Assembly: GCA_963728325.1 (NCBI GenBank)
Contig: CAVSJS010000007.1
Coordinates: 113,943-177,942, forward strand
Length of the DNA stretch: 64,000 bases
Direction of reading: 5' to 3'
DNA from: an uncultured Actinomycetes bacterium
GTDB lineage: Bacteria > Actinomycetota > Thermoleophilia > Solirubrobacterales > 70-9
Shown: piece by piece, positions 10,824 to 19,461 of the stretch
Numbering within the stretch: the stretch's first letter is position 1
Layout: each line of letters begins with the position of its first letter
Program-made: the position numbers and the translations under genes
Notes under the pieces: generated by a model
What the model was told of the DNA's origin: nothing
The model's database searches: none
What the model saw: the letters and a program-made list of their open reading frames with translations, nothing else

Positions 10824-11303
10824 CTACCGAGGACGCGCATGCCCGCCGTGCGAGCTTCCGTAGGAAGGCGCGGGCCGCCGAAGAAGCTCGTGGAACTGCC
10901 TGCGACCGGGCGGATCATCGTCGTCGAGGGCGTCGACCGCTTCGGCTCTCTCGCCCAGGCCGAGTCGGGAGGGATCGAGGCCGGCGTCCGTGTGCAGCGG
11001 GTCGCCCTCGAGCCACGCGTGCGCCCGGAACCCGGCCGGGTCGGTCACGCCAACGATCAGGTCACGCCTGCGTCCCTGCGCGGCCTCCCACGCCTGAAGC
11101 ACTATCGCCCTCACCAGGCAGCTCTCGCCGCGGCGGCGGAGCGCCGCGCGAACGCCTCGCTCGGCCTCCGGGGGCAGCGGAGGCGGTGGCGGCGGGGCAA
11201 GAGCCGCCTCGAGGCCCTCGGCGGCTAGCAGGCGTCGGGTGCGGCGCGCCGTCCGATGCGCCCACCAGGCCGCGCGCAGGTTGGCGGGATGCAGCCGTCG
11301 CAC
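10824..11303 (-). CDS. Lasso peptide biosynthesis B2 protein (transglutaminase-like Cys protease, leader peptidase)
   Basis: GESCLVRAIVLQAW (catalytic Cys context) and GVTDPAGFRAHAWLEGDP (His context). The size and adjacency to PqqD also fit. Confidence 0.7.
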   Translation of the reverse strand: MRRLHPANLRAAWWAHRTARRTRRLLAAEGLEAALAPPPPPPLPPEAERGVRAALRRRGESCLVRAIVLQAWEAAQGRRRDLIVGVTDPAGFRAHAWLEGDPLHTDAGLDPSRLGLGERAEAVDALDDDDPPGRRQFHELLRRPAPSYGSSHGGHARPR

Positions 11304-11325
11304 GCGTTCAAGCGTAGTGTGCGGG

Positions 11326-12135
11326 TCAGTACTGCGCGAGGGACCCGGTGCGGCGGGCGCGCCAGACGGACGCCCTGAACCCGAGCAAGGCGAGGGGCAG
11401 AAGGACCGCGACCGAGCCGAACAGGCCCGCGAGCTGCGCGGGCTCCACGTCGCCGCCCAAAAGCGCTGCCCGTACCACGTCCAGGGCCCAGGTGAACGGC
11501 ACCGCCTTGGCTACGGCCTCGAGCGGCTCTGGCATAACCTCGATCGGGAAGTAGACCCCGCCGAGCAGGGCCAGCGCCGTGAGCACGAGCCCGAGGAGCA
11601 CGGCGGTCCGCTTGAATATCACGGTCAGCGCGGCCACCGCCACGCCGAGCGACGCGAACAGCCCGACGCACCCGACCAGCGCTACCACCGCAACCAAGAG
11701 CGATCCCGCGCTGGCATGGATGTCCAGCCCGAAGATGACGATCGCGGCCGCCATCAACAACACTCCGTCGATGGTCGCGCGGGCGACGTCGTACACCGCG
11801 CTCGAGAGGATGATGGCCCCCGGGCTCGCCGGCGTCGCCATCAACGCCTCGAAGGTGCCGGTCGTCTGCTCCTCGCGCAGCTTGCGTGAGAACGAGGTCA
11901 GGCCGACCTGAACAATCCGGAGCAGGCTGAGCCCCACCGCCACGTATCCGAAATAGCCGCTGTCGAGGTCCTCGCGGGCCCCGAACTGCGCGCTATCGAT
12001 GACCCGGCTGAGGTAGTAGAACAGCGCCAGCGAGAGGATGGTCGCGACCAGCCGCAGCACGAACGTCGACCGGTAGGACAGGTCGATCCGCCAGTCCCGT
12101 CGCACGAACGCCGCCAGGACCCTGAGCATGCTCAT
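11326..12135 (-). CDS. ABC-2 type transporter permease
   Basis: 269 aa with six hydrophobic spans. The ATG overlaps the ATPase stop (ATGA at 12132..12135). Confidence 0.75.
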   Translation of the reverse strand: MSMLRVLAAFVRRDWRIDLSYRSTFVLRLVATILSLALFYYLSRVIDSAQFGAREDLDSGYFGYVAVGLSLLRIVQVGLTSFSRKLREEQTTGTFEALMATPASPGAIILSSAVYDVARATIDGVLLMAAAIVIFGLDIHASAGSLLVAVVALVGCVGLFASLGVAVAALTVIFKRTAVLLGLVLTALALLGGVYFPIEVMPEPLEAVAKAVPFTWALDVVRAALLGGDVEPAQLAGLFGSVAVLLPLALLGFRASVWRARRTGSLAQY

Positions 12136-12944
12136 TGCTCGACCGGGTCAGCGGCGCCGACCTGCCGCATCCGCACGGCCTTGAGAAACGCCGACTCAAG
12201 CCGCGCGGGCTCCATTCCCACTGCATTCTCGTCCAGCATCACCCGGCCGGCCGCGAGCACGACAACGCGATCGGAGACGGCCGCGGCCTCGTGGAGATCG
12301 TGCGTGGCGAGCAGGATGCCCGCTCGCCGCTCCCGAGTCAGGCGGACCGCCATCTCGCGAAACTCCACCGCAGCCAGGGGATCGAGGCTTCGCGTCGGCT
12401 CGTCGAGGAGCAGGAGCGGTGGACCGGCGAGCAGGGCCCGAGCCAACGATAGACGCGCGCGCATGCCGGACGAATAGCCCATAACCCGGCGTTCGGCCGC
12501 TTCCGCAAGACCGACCAGGTCGAGCAGCTCGGCTGAGTCACGGAGCGCCTCCGGCCGCCGCAGCCCGTGCAGCGCCGCGAAGAACGCGAGGTTCTCCTTG
12601 CCGCTCAGGCGCCAGTAGAGCGAATGCTCGTCGCCGATCATCACGCCGACCTGACGGCGGGCGGCGCCCGGGTTGGATACGACGTCGACTCCGCAGACGC
12701 TGGCGGACCCCTGATCGGGCAGGACCACCGTGCCGAGTACCCGAAGCAGGGTGCTCTTCCCGGCGCCGTTCGGGCCCAGCAGCGAGACGATCTCGCCCCG
12801 CTCGACGTCGAGAGAGAGCCCGTCGAGGGCGACCACGCTGCCGAAGCGTCTGACCAGGCCGCGGACCCGAATCCCCTCCACCGCCGGGAGGCTAACGCGC
12901 CGCCTGGCGGGAGCGCCGCGGTCGGCGAGCCTGCGGCCCTTCAC
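12132..12944 (-). CDS. ABC transporter ATP-binding protein
   Basis: Walker A LLGPNGAGKSTLL, signature-like YSSGMRARLSLARALL and Walker B LLLLDEPT. Confidence 0.85.
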   Translation of the reverse strand: MKGRRLADRGAPARRRVSLPAVEGIRVRGLVRRFGSVVALDGLSLDVERGEIVSLLGPNGAGKSTLLRVLGTVVLPDQGSASVCGVDVVSNPGAARRQVGVMIGDEHSLYWRLSGKENLAFFAALHGLRRPEALRDSAELLDLVGLAEAAERRVMGYSSGMRARLSLARALLAGPPLLLLDEPTRSLDPLAAVEFREMAVRLTRERRAGILLATHDLHEAAAVSDRVVVLAAGRVMLDENAVGMEPARLESAFLKAVRMRQVGAADPVEQ

Positions 12945-12945
12945 G

Positions 12946-12993
12946 TTGAAGCGCCGCGCCAGTCAGCTGGCGCGGCGCTTCACGAGCCTCTAG
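12946..12993. repeat. 48-nt GC-rich hairpin element (REP-like), copy 2. Intergenic, between the anti-sigma stop and the ABC ATPase start.
   Basis: AAGCGCCGCGCCAG-TCAG-CTGGCGCGGCGCTT is a perfect 14-bp stem, followed by CACGAGCCTCT. 42 of 48 nt match 3348..3395. Confidence 0.65.
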
Positions 12994-13000
12994 TCCGGGT

Positions 13001-13399
13001 CTACTTCGGCTTCGGCGGCTTGCACTCCCCTTCGCGCTCGTGCTGGTGGTTCTTGTCGCCGCAGCCCTTGCCGGGCTTGTACTGCTTATTCGCGGCGCTG
13101 CTCTTGCTGCTCGCCGCCTGGGGCGGCGAGGACGGCGGGCCCTTGCCGGCGATCGCGAACGCGCCGCCGAGGCCGACCGTGAGCGCCAGCACCGTGATGG
13201 CCGTGGAGAGCGCGCGGCGTGGCCTTGCGGCGCGTGAACCACGCTGCTCGCCTCGCATCGCCTGCGCGCGGGCGCGCTGCTTGATGCGATCGAGCTCGAG
13301 CGCATTCACCTCCGGGCGCTGGGCCCGCAGCCAATCGGCCACCTGCTCCAGATCCTCGGGATGCTGCTCGAACTCTCGCCGTTCCATGAAGTCCTCCAT
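13001..13399 (-). CDS. Putative single-pass membrane anti-sigma factor
   Basis: It sits directly downstream of the ECF sigma gene. The N-terminal region is acidic and soluble, there is one TM span (ALSTAITVLALTVGLGGAFAIAG), and the tail is short and Cys/Lys-rich. Confidence 0.45.
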   Translation of the reverse strand: MEDFMERREFEQHPEDLEQVADWLRAQRPEVNALELDRIKQRARAQAMRGEQRGSRAARPRRALSTAITVLALTVGLGGAFAIAGKGPPSSPPQAASSKSSAANKQYKPGKGCGDKNHQHEREGECKPPKPK

Positions 13400-13462
13400 C
13401 TCCGGTTACCCCTATATACGAACGAGGGCGCCGGTTTCTGACCGGCGGAAAATTTCCTTGGG

Positions 13463-14047
13463 TTATTCGTCCAGCTCGGCGCGGAGCTTGCGGAGGGCCC
13501 GGTAGACGCGACCCTCCATGGTGGTGAGCGAATTACCCGTCAGCTCGGCGATCTCCGGGACGGTCAGATCGGCCCCGAAGCGGAGCGCCACGGCTTCGCG
13601 CTCCTCGGCGCTCAGCACCCCCAGCACCTGGCCGACCATGTCGCGGTCCTCGACCTGCCCGAGATTCCGATCGGGTGCCTCGGTTCCGCGTTCGAACCGG
13701 ATCCGCTCGGTCGCACCCCGCTCGACCTTGCTGCGGCGGGCATGGTCGCGCAGCAGGTTGAGGGCGATCGAGTAGAGCCACGCCTTCTCGCTCCCGCGCC
13801 GGCGATCGAACGTGCGACGCTTGCGGAGCACGCGCTCGAAGGTGTCGGCCAGCAGGTCCTCGGCCAGGGCGCGATCGCCGGTTCGCAGGGCGAGGAAAGA
13901 GAGCAGGGCTGCGGCGTGCTCCTCGTAGAGGCGCTCGAAATCCTCGTCTCGCAGGGCGCGATCCCCGCGCAGCGCGCCCAGCAACCGGCCGCCGGCTCCC
14001 TGAGACGCCCCTCGCCCCATCGCAAGGCTTTCGGATTCCCTGCTCAC
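13463..14047 (-). CDS. ECF-type RNA polymerase sigma-70 family factor
   Basis: Region 2: DLLADTFERVLRKRRTFDRRRGSEKAWLYSIALNLLRDHARR. Region 4: LSAEEREAVALRFGADLTVPEIAELTGNSLTTMEGRVYRALRKLR. Confidence 0.85.
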   Translation of the reverse strand: MSRESESLAMGRGASQGAGGRLLGALRGDRALRDEDFERLYEEHAAALLSFLALRTGDRALAEDLLADTFERVLRKRRTFDRRRGSEKAWLYSIALNLLRDHARRSKVERGATERIRFERGTEAPDRNLGQVEDRDMVGQVLGVLSAEEREAVALRFGADLTVPEIAELTGNSLTTMEGRVYRALRKLRAELDE

Positions 14048-14099
14048 CCCTGGGGCAGGGTACTGCTTCGCCGCCCCCGCGGGCGCAACTACGGAACCG

Positions 14100-15446
14100 C
14101 TACCCGGCCGCCGCGATAAGGCCCTCGATCCGCGCCAGCTCGGCCTCGACGTCGGCGACGATGCCCTCGATGCCCTCGCGGGCCTTGGCGGAGCTCTTGT
14201 CGACGTTGGTCAGCGCCAGGCGCACGCCCTGGGCACGCTTCAGGGCGGAGTGAGCCGCCTCCGCCGCGTCCCGGACACCCGCCGCGTCGACCTCGAGCGA
14301 GCGGTCTCGCGCCGTCAGCACGCGCAGGCGCGCGTACCGATAGACGAGATCGAGGCCCAGCTCGTCCGGCAGCTCGGAGTCGACGGCGACGATCATCTTG
14401 TTGCCCTCGTACTCGACCAGCTGCTCACGCCTGGCCGGGATGCTCTCCTCACCTGCGACGACAAGCACGGCGAAGTCGGCGTCGCGCTCGGCCAGCGCCC
14501 CGTTCAGCTCCTCCCAGGCCCTGTTGCGGGAGAGCTGATCGTCCTTGTCCTCGAACACGATCCGCCCCAGCGGCTTGCCATCCCCGGCGCCGATCTCGAC
14601 CACCGTGTCGCCCTTCTTGGAGCCGCCCTCGCCGCGCTCGTCGCCCACGTGGTGCGCGCAATCGCCGCGTGCCTCCGCGATCCGCCCGATCGCCGCATGC
14701 ACGCGCTCCTCGAAGCTGCGGCCCTTGCGGGTCCCCGCGTCCTCTGCCTCGGTGATCGCCCGCTTGGCCTCGGTCTCGGCGGTGAGCTGCACGACGCTCG
14801 TCTCCACGCGCTGTAGCGCCTCGGCGACCGCCTGGACGCGCGCCTCCTGGCGGCGCGTGGACTCGGCGACGGCCTGCGAGATCGCCCGCTTGGCGTCCGC
14901 GAATGGGTTGGCCGCGTCGTCGGAGGCGAAATGCCTGACCAGCGACTGGAGGCGTTCCTCGACGAGCTTGGACACCTGCTCCTTGATCTGGTGCTGCACG
15001 GCGGTCGAGCGGTCGGCGCCGAAGTGGGCCGCGATCTGCTCGGCGAGCCCGTCCTCGAACTCGCCGAAGGCGCGGCCCAGCGAACCGCCCTCAGCCGAGA
15101 AGGCACGCTCGAACTGACGCTGAATCTCCTCGACGACGCCACGGGACTGCTCGATCAGCTGGCTCCGCGCCTCGCCCGAGGCGCGCTCGAACTCCGCCCG
15201 GACGTAGTCGACCTCCGCCCCGACGTCTTCGCGGTCCAGAACGCGGGCGCCGATCTCGATCGCGTCGGACACCGTGCGCGCCGGCTGCTGGCCCGCCTCG
15301 GCGCGTTCGCGGACGACCCGTGCGGCGCGCTCGTCGCTCACCGTGAGGCGCTCGATCACCAGCCGATCGTCGAGCGCACGCACGATGTCGTCGCCCCGAT
15401 CCGGTCCCTGGTCGAGCGGTAGCTGTGGCTTCTCAGATGCTTCCAT
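14100..15446 (-). CDS. Coiled-coil protein with a C-terminal PD-(D/E)xK-like domain (DUF2130-like)
   Basis: A long helical, acidic repeat region is followed by KGRSFEERVHAAI...GDTVVEIG...GRIVFEDKDDQLS...ADFAVLVV. Start taken at MEASEKPQ (ATG 15446). The ORF extends to 15581. Confidence 0.45.
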   Translation of the reverse strand: MEASEKPQLPLDQGPDRGDDIVRALDDRLVIERLTVSDERAARVVRERAEAGQQPARTVSDAIEIGARVLDREDVGAEVDYVRAEFERASGEARSQLIEQSRGVVEEIQRQFERAFSAEGGSLGRAFGEFEDGLAEQIAAHFGADRSTAVQHQIKEQVSKLVEERLQSLVRHFASDDAANPFADAKRAISQAVAESTRRQEARVQAVAEALQRVETSVVQLTAETEAKRAITEAEDAGTRKGRSFEERVHAAIGRIAEARGDCAHHVGDERGEGGSKKGDTVVEIGAGDGKPLGRIVFEDKDDQLSRNRAWEELNGALAERDADFAVLVVAGEESIPARREQLVEYEGNKMIVAVDSELPDELGLDLVYRYARLRVLTARDRSLEVDAAGVRDAAEAAHSALKRAQGVRLALTNVDKSSAKAREGIEGIVADVEAELARIEGLIAAAG

Positions 15447-15952
15447 GTGGACCCACGAAGGTAGTCGCGTCCCCGGACGGGAAGCTGACTGACACACCGC
15501 CGGCTCCTCCGCTTCGCGCCGGGGCGTTCGGATCAACGCGTTTGGAGTGCCTAGCGAAACTCGGTAGATCCGTCGTGGCACGGGGTTGTGGGAAGCCTGA
15601 CCTGCGTAGGATTAAAAAGCCCATGGGAAGATTGCGGTCGGGCACCTGGCGCCGGCTGGCCTACACCCCCCGTTTCGCCCGCCACTACTGGCATCGTCGT
15701 GGGCGTGGGGTCGGAATCGCTCTCTCCGGGGCTCGGCGGCGAATGCGGGACTACTCCGGTGACCCCCCCGCCCAACCCTTCCGCGCGCCGGAGGAGTTGA
15801 TTCGCGCGCGGGACGAGTTTCGCTAAGACCCTCCTAGCGAACCGCGACGGCGAGCTGTGGCGAAGGATCGTCTGTTGTCGACGACGGGAAGGAAGGGGCA
15901 GGACGGTCCGTTCGCGACTTCGTCGCTAGCGCCAGCGATAGGATCTCGCGCC

Positions 15953-17209
15953 ATGGCAGTAGACGTATCAGAGGTCTCGAAACTGGACGTCGAGCCGGGC
16001 GAGCTGCCCGAGACGATGGCCGCCTGGGTGATCAGGGCCGAGCGCGAGGGAGAGCCCAAGGACGCCTTCCAGCTCGAGGAGGTCGAGCTTCCGGAGCCGG
16101 GCGCCTTCGAGGTGATCGTCCGCGTGATGGCGGCCGGGGTCAACTTCAACAACGTCTGGGCGGCGCTCGGCAAGCCCGTCTCGGTGTTCAACTACGGCGA
16201 CCACCCCGAGTGGGGCCATCACATCGGCGGCTCGGACGCCTCCGGCATCGTCTGGAAGGTCGGCGAGGGCGTCACCAAGTGGAAGCCCGGGGACGAGGTG
16301 GTGATCCACTGCAACCAGGCCTCTTACGAGGACGTCGAGGTGCACGGTCTCGATCCGCTCGCCGCCCCCAGCCAGCAGATCTGGGGGTACGAGACCACCT
16401 GGGGCTCATTCGCCCAGTTCACCAAGGTGCAGGCTCAGCAGCTGCTGCCGAAGCCGGACAACCTCTCCTGGGTCGAGTCGTCCGCCTACGGCCTCACCTA
16501 CTTCACCGCCTACCGGATGCTGATCGACCGCTGCCGGCTCCAGGCGGGCCACAACGTCTTGATCTGGGGCGCCGCGGGCGGCCTCGGCGTGTTCGCCACC
16601 CAGCTCTGCGCGGCGTCGGGAGCGAACGCGGTCGGCGTCGTCTCCTCCGACCAGAAGGGTGAGCTGGTCAGGAAGCTCGGAGCCGTCGACTACATCAACC
16701 GCGGCGAGTTCGCCGGCATGATGCGAAAGGGGGGCGAGTCGCCCGAGGAGGAGAAGGAGCGCTTCAAGGCCTCGCGCGGGTTCGCCAAGCGGGTCAAGGA
16801 GATCCTCGGCGACGCCCCCGACATCGTCTTCGAGCACGTCGGCCAGGCGACCTTCCCCACATCGGTGCTGGTCGTGAAGCCGTTCGGCAAGGTGGTGATT
16901 TGCGGCGCGACCTCCGGCTACACCCTGGATTTCGATGTCCGCTACCTGTGGATGCGCCAAAAGGAGATCCTCGGCTCCCACTTCGCCAACGCTTATGAGT
17001 GCATGCGCGCCAACCAGCTGATGGCCGAGGGCAAGATCCGGCCGGTGCTCTGGCAGGCGATGGGCTTCGAGGGGGTTCCCGAGGCACACCAGCTCCTGCA
17101 CGAGAACAAGCACCTGGGCAAGATCTCGATCATGGTCGGCGCCACGGACGAGGACGAGGGCAAGCGCAGCGAGGGCCCGGGGGCGATCCGGGCCGAGGTC
17201 GGCACCTGA
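15953..17209 (+). CDS. ccr: Crotonyl-CoA carboxylase/reductase
   Basis: MDR-family with the Ccr-specific stretch VNFNNVWAALGKPVSVF...HHIGGSDASGIVWKVGEGV...IWGYETTWGSFAQFTKVQAQQLLPKP and GAAGGLG. An AGGA lies upstream of ATG 15953. Confidence 0.8.
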   Translation: MAVDVSEVSKLDVEPGELPETMAAWVIRAEREGEPKDAFQLEEVELPEPGAFEVIVRVMAAGVNFNNVWAALGKPVSVFNYGDHPEWGHHIGGSDASGIVWKVGEGVTKWKPGDEVVIHCNQASYEDVEVHGLDPLAAPSQQIWGYETTWGSFAQFTKVQAQQLLPKPDNLSWVESSAYGLTYFTAYRMLIDRCRLQAGHNVLIWGAAGGLGVFATQLCAASGANAVGVVSSDQKGELVRKLGAVDYINRGEFAGMMRKGGESPEEEKERFKASRGFAKRVKEILGDAPDIVFEHVGQATFPTSVLVVKPFGKVVICGATSGYTLDFDVRYLWMRQKEILGSHFANAYECMRANQLMAEGKIRPVLWQAMGFEGVPEAHQLLHENKHLGKISIMVGATDEDEGKRSEGPGAIRAEVGT

Positions 17210-17218
17210 GCGCTCCGG

Positions 17219-17536
17219 GTGGCCGACCTCAACTACATCGACTGGCACATCCATCCCTTCCGGGCCGAGCGCTGGCTGGAGATCTGGAGGCCCGCCCTCG
17301 ACCGCGCGCTGGCCTTCGGCGCCAGGTCGTGCTACCTGACGCGGGACGTCGACGACCCGCTCCACTTTCGCCAGGTCACGGTCTGGGACGACCACTCCGA
17401 CTTCGAGCGCTACTGGTACTCGGACGAGATCGCCGCCCTTCGCGAGGCCGCGCTCAACTACTTCAATAAGCCGGTGCTGCCGAGCTGGCACACCGTTGCC
17501 GTCGACGCCTCGGGCGTCGAGGCCGGCTCAAAATAG
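17219..17536 (+). CDS. Small hypothetical protein (105 aa) immediately downstream of ccr
   Basis: Clean ORF with a protein-like composition (WHIHPFRAERWLEIWRPALDRA...FERYWYSDEI). No family recognised. Confidence 0.45.
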   Translation: MADLNYIDWHIHPFRAERWLEIWRPALDRALAFGARSCYLTRDVDDPLHFRQVTVWDDHSDFERYWYSDEIAALREAALNYFNKPVLPSWHTVAVDASGVEAGSK

Positions 17537-17571
17537 GGCGTTCTCCGTCTCCGCGAAGCTCCCGGTGGGGC

Positions 17572-17862
17572 TTAGTGCTGTTCGAGGGGGGCCATCGTGA
17601 GCCCGGCGTCCTGGAGCTGTTGCCAGTAGTGCTCGGCCAGCTCCTTCGTCCCCCTCCAGACGATCGCCCGGCCGCTGGAGTGGATCCGGTCTGCGAACCG
17701 GTAGCCCTCGTCGACCGTGACCCCGGGGATCACCCGGGCCAGCGTCTTGGCGACGTGGTCGAAGGTGTTTTGATCGTCGTTGAGGACGATCACCAGCCAG
17801 TTGCCGCCGAGGCCCGACCCGGGGTCTCCGGTGCGGGGGCGCTCGAGCGTCTCAGTACTCAC
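17572..17862 (-). CDS. clpS: ATP-dependent Clp protease adaptor ClpS
   Basis: WLVIVLNDDQNTFDHVAKTLARVIPGVTVDEGYRFADRIHSSGRAIVW is the ClpS core pattern. Confidence 0.85.
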   Translation of the reverse strand: MSTETLERPRTGDPGSGLGGNWLVIVLNDDQNTFDHVAKTLARVIPGVTVDEGYRFADRIHSSGRAIVWRGTKELAEHYWQQLQDAGLTMAPLEQH

Positions 17863-17865
17863 GCA

Positions 17866-18582
17866 CTAAGGGTTCGGGACCAAGAGCTTGAGGTTGTCGA
17901 AGGTCGCGACGACCTGCTTATTGGAGCGCGTCTTGTTCCCGACCAAGACCTCCAGCTTGCGCCCGGAGACCTGGCCCGCGTTCGAGTCGGTCACCTTGGC
18001 GAGCTGTGTCCCGTTCACCCTCGCCGTGACCTTGTTGCCACCCGCCTTCAGGCGCACGACGTTCGGCTTGCCAACGCCCTTGATCGCCTGGCTTCGGCCC
18101 TTGGCGGGGAATCCTCCTCCGCCCCCCGACGGAGCGCGGTGGAGCTCGAACTTGTGCCCCTTGGGGAAGATGCGTAGCTCATAGCCCACGCCCTTGCCCG
18201 AGCGCACGGCGACCGCCACATAGGAGCTCCCCCGAATCCCCTTCGGCGTTGCCTTGAGCAGCTTCTCCTTCACCCTGAAGTCGTGGTCCGGGCCGGCGGT
18301 GTCCCCCTCGACCGGGGGCCGGTAGCCGCAGGCGCCCGATCCCCGGTTCCGCTGCGCGCGCACGCTCTTGGCCTTCTGCCTCCACCTCTTGGCGCAGTGC
18401 TTGCCGCTCGAGTGGCGAAGCTCTTTTGCCTCGGTCTCGCTCGAAAAGTTGTTCTTGTAGACGGTCACCCCGGCAAGCGCGGCGGCAGCCGCGAGGCCGA
18501 GTGCGAGGGCCGCCGCGAGCAACGCGACGGCCGGTCTTGTGCGCCGGCGAGGGCCCATTCGAGGTCCGTGCAGGGTAGCCAA
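17866..18582 (-). CDS. Secreted hypothetical protein
   Basis: Signal-like RRRTRPAVALLAAALALGLAAAAALA followed by a Lys/Gly-rich beta-type body. No family recognised. Confidence 0.45.
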   Translation of the reverse strand: MATLHGPRMGPRRRTRPAVALLAAALALGLAAAAALAGVTVYKNNFSSETEAKELRHSSGKHCAKRWRQKAKSVRAQRNRGSGACGYRPPVEGDTAGPDHDFRVKEKLLKATPKGIRGSSYVAVAVRSGKGVGYELRIFPKGHKFELHRAPSGGGGGFPAKGRSQAIKGVGKPNVVRLKAGGNKVTARVNGTQLAKVTDSNAGQVSGRKLEVLVGNKTRSNKQVVATFDNLKLLVPNP

Positions 18583-18597
18583 GTGGTCCGAACGCAG

Positions 18598-19422
18598 CTA
18601 TGTGCGCTTTCTCCAGTAGCGCTCCAGCCCCAGCCACAACTGCTCGGCCGGGGCCGCCTGGCGCAGCCGCTCGGCCACCCCGGCGTCGGTTTTGGCTTCG
18701 ATCTCGGCCTCCAACTCGGCGAGGAATCGCTCGCGATCGCCGGGGCGGGCCCGCTCGGCGTTGGCGCGCAGCCGCTCCCGCAGGCGATCGAGCTGCCGGT
18801 CGACGTCATCGACGCGGCCGAAGTGAGTCAGGCACAGTCGTTGCGGAAGCCACTCGGCGACCGTGTTCAACGAGCGCTCCCACGCCTCCAGGTCGATGTC
18901 CGGCGGTGGCGTGGGCGGGACCGTAAACTCCAGTGGAGGGATGCGCACGCCGGCGATGTCGCCGACGTAGGCGTCGCCGGTGGATTCATGGAAGTAGGCG
19001 ACGTGGTGGCCCGCGTGGCCCGGGGTGTGTGCGACCCGAAATCCCTCGATCCGCTCTCCCCCGCTCAGGGCGACAACGTTCTCGGCCGGTACCGCCACCA
19101 CCTCGCCCCAGAGGCGGTCCATCTCGTCGCCGTAGAGGCGGGCGGCGCTCTGGAGCAGCCTCGAAGGCTCCACAAGGTGCGGTGCCCCGACCTCGTGCAC
19201 ATAGACCCGCAGCTTCGGGAACCGATCGACGAGCGAGCCCGAGGCGCCCGCGTGGTCGAGGTGCACGTGCGTCAATAACAGCGCCCGCGGCTCGCTCTCC
19301 AGGCCCTCGAGCAGGGCCTCCAGGCACGACGAGGGGCCCGGATCGACGATCAGGCCGTCGAGCTCGTAGGCGCCGATCACGCGGTCGCGCCCCAGGTGCA
19401 TGCAGTCGATCAGCTTCGCCAT
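18598..19422 (-). CDS. MBL-fold metallo-hydrolase
   Basis: LLLTHVHLDHAGASG (HxHxDH motif), and later HTPGHAGHH. Confidence 0.8.
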   Translation of the reverse strand: MAKLIDCMHLGRDRVIGAYELDGLIVDPGPSSCLEALLEGLESEPRALLLTHVHLDHAGASGSLVDRFPKLRVYVHEVGAPHLVEPSRLLQSAARLYGDEMDRLWGEVVAVPAENVVALSGGERIEGFRVAHTPGHAGHHVAYFHESTGDAYVGDIAGVRIPPLEFTVPPTPPPDIDLEAWERSLNTVAEWLPQRLCLTHFGRVDDVDRQLDRLRERLRANAERARPGDRERFLAELEAEIEAKTDAGVAERLRQAAPAEQLWLGLERYWRKRT

Positions 19423-19449
19423 ATCGTCGAGCTACCCCCTGTCCGAACG

Positions 19450-19455
19450 TAGAAT
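19450..19455 (+). promoter_or_regulatory. -10 hexamer TAGAAT, 6 nt upstream of ATG 19462 with no SD. Candidate leaderless promoter of the acyl-CoA mutase gene.
   Basis: GTAGAATCTGACCATG. Confidence 0.4.
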
Positions 19456-19461
19456 CTGACC

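Noticed and set aside
15447-15952. 500-nt spacer between the DUF2130-like gene and ccr: searched for a riboswitch (B12), sRNA or small ORF
   Set aside because: I could see no B12 box or other recognisable RNA motif. A 67-aa basic ORF (from ATG 15623) has no SD or -10 support. There is an imperfect inverted repeat TTTCGCTA-N9-TAGCGAA (15818..15841). A 13-nt match CTAGCGAAACTCG occurs at 15551 and at 55775, but 13-mers recur by chance at this scale.
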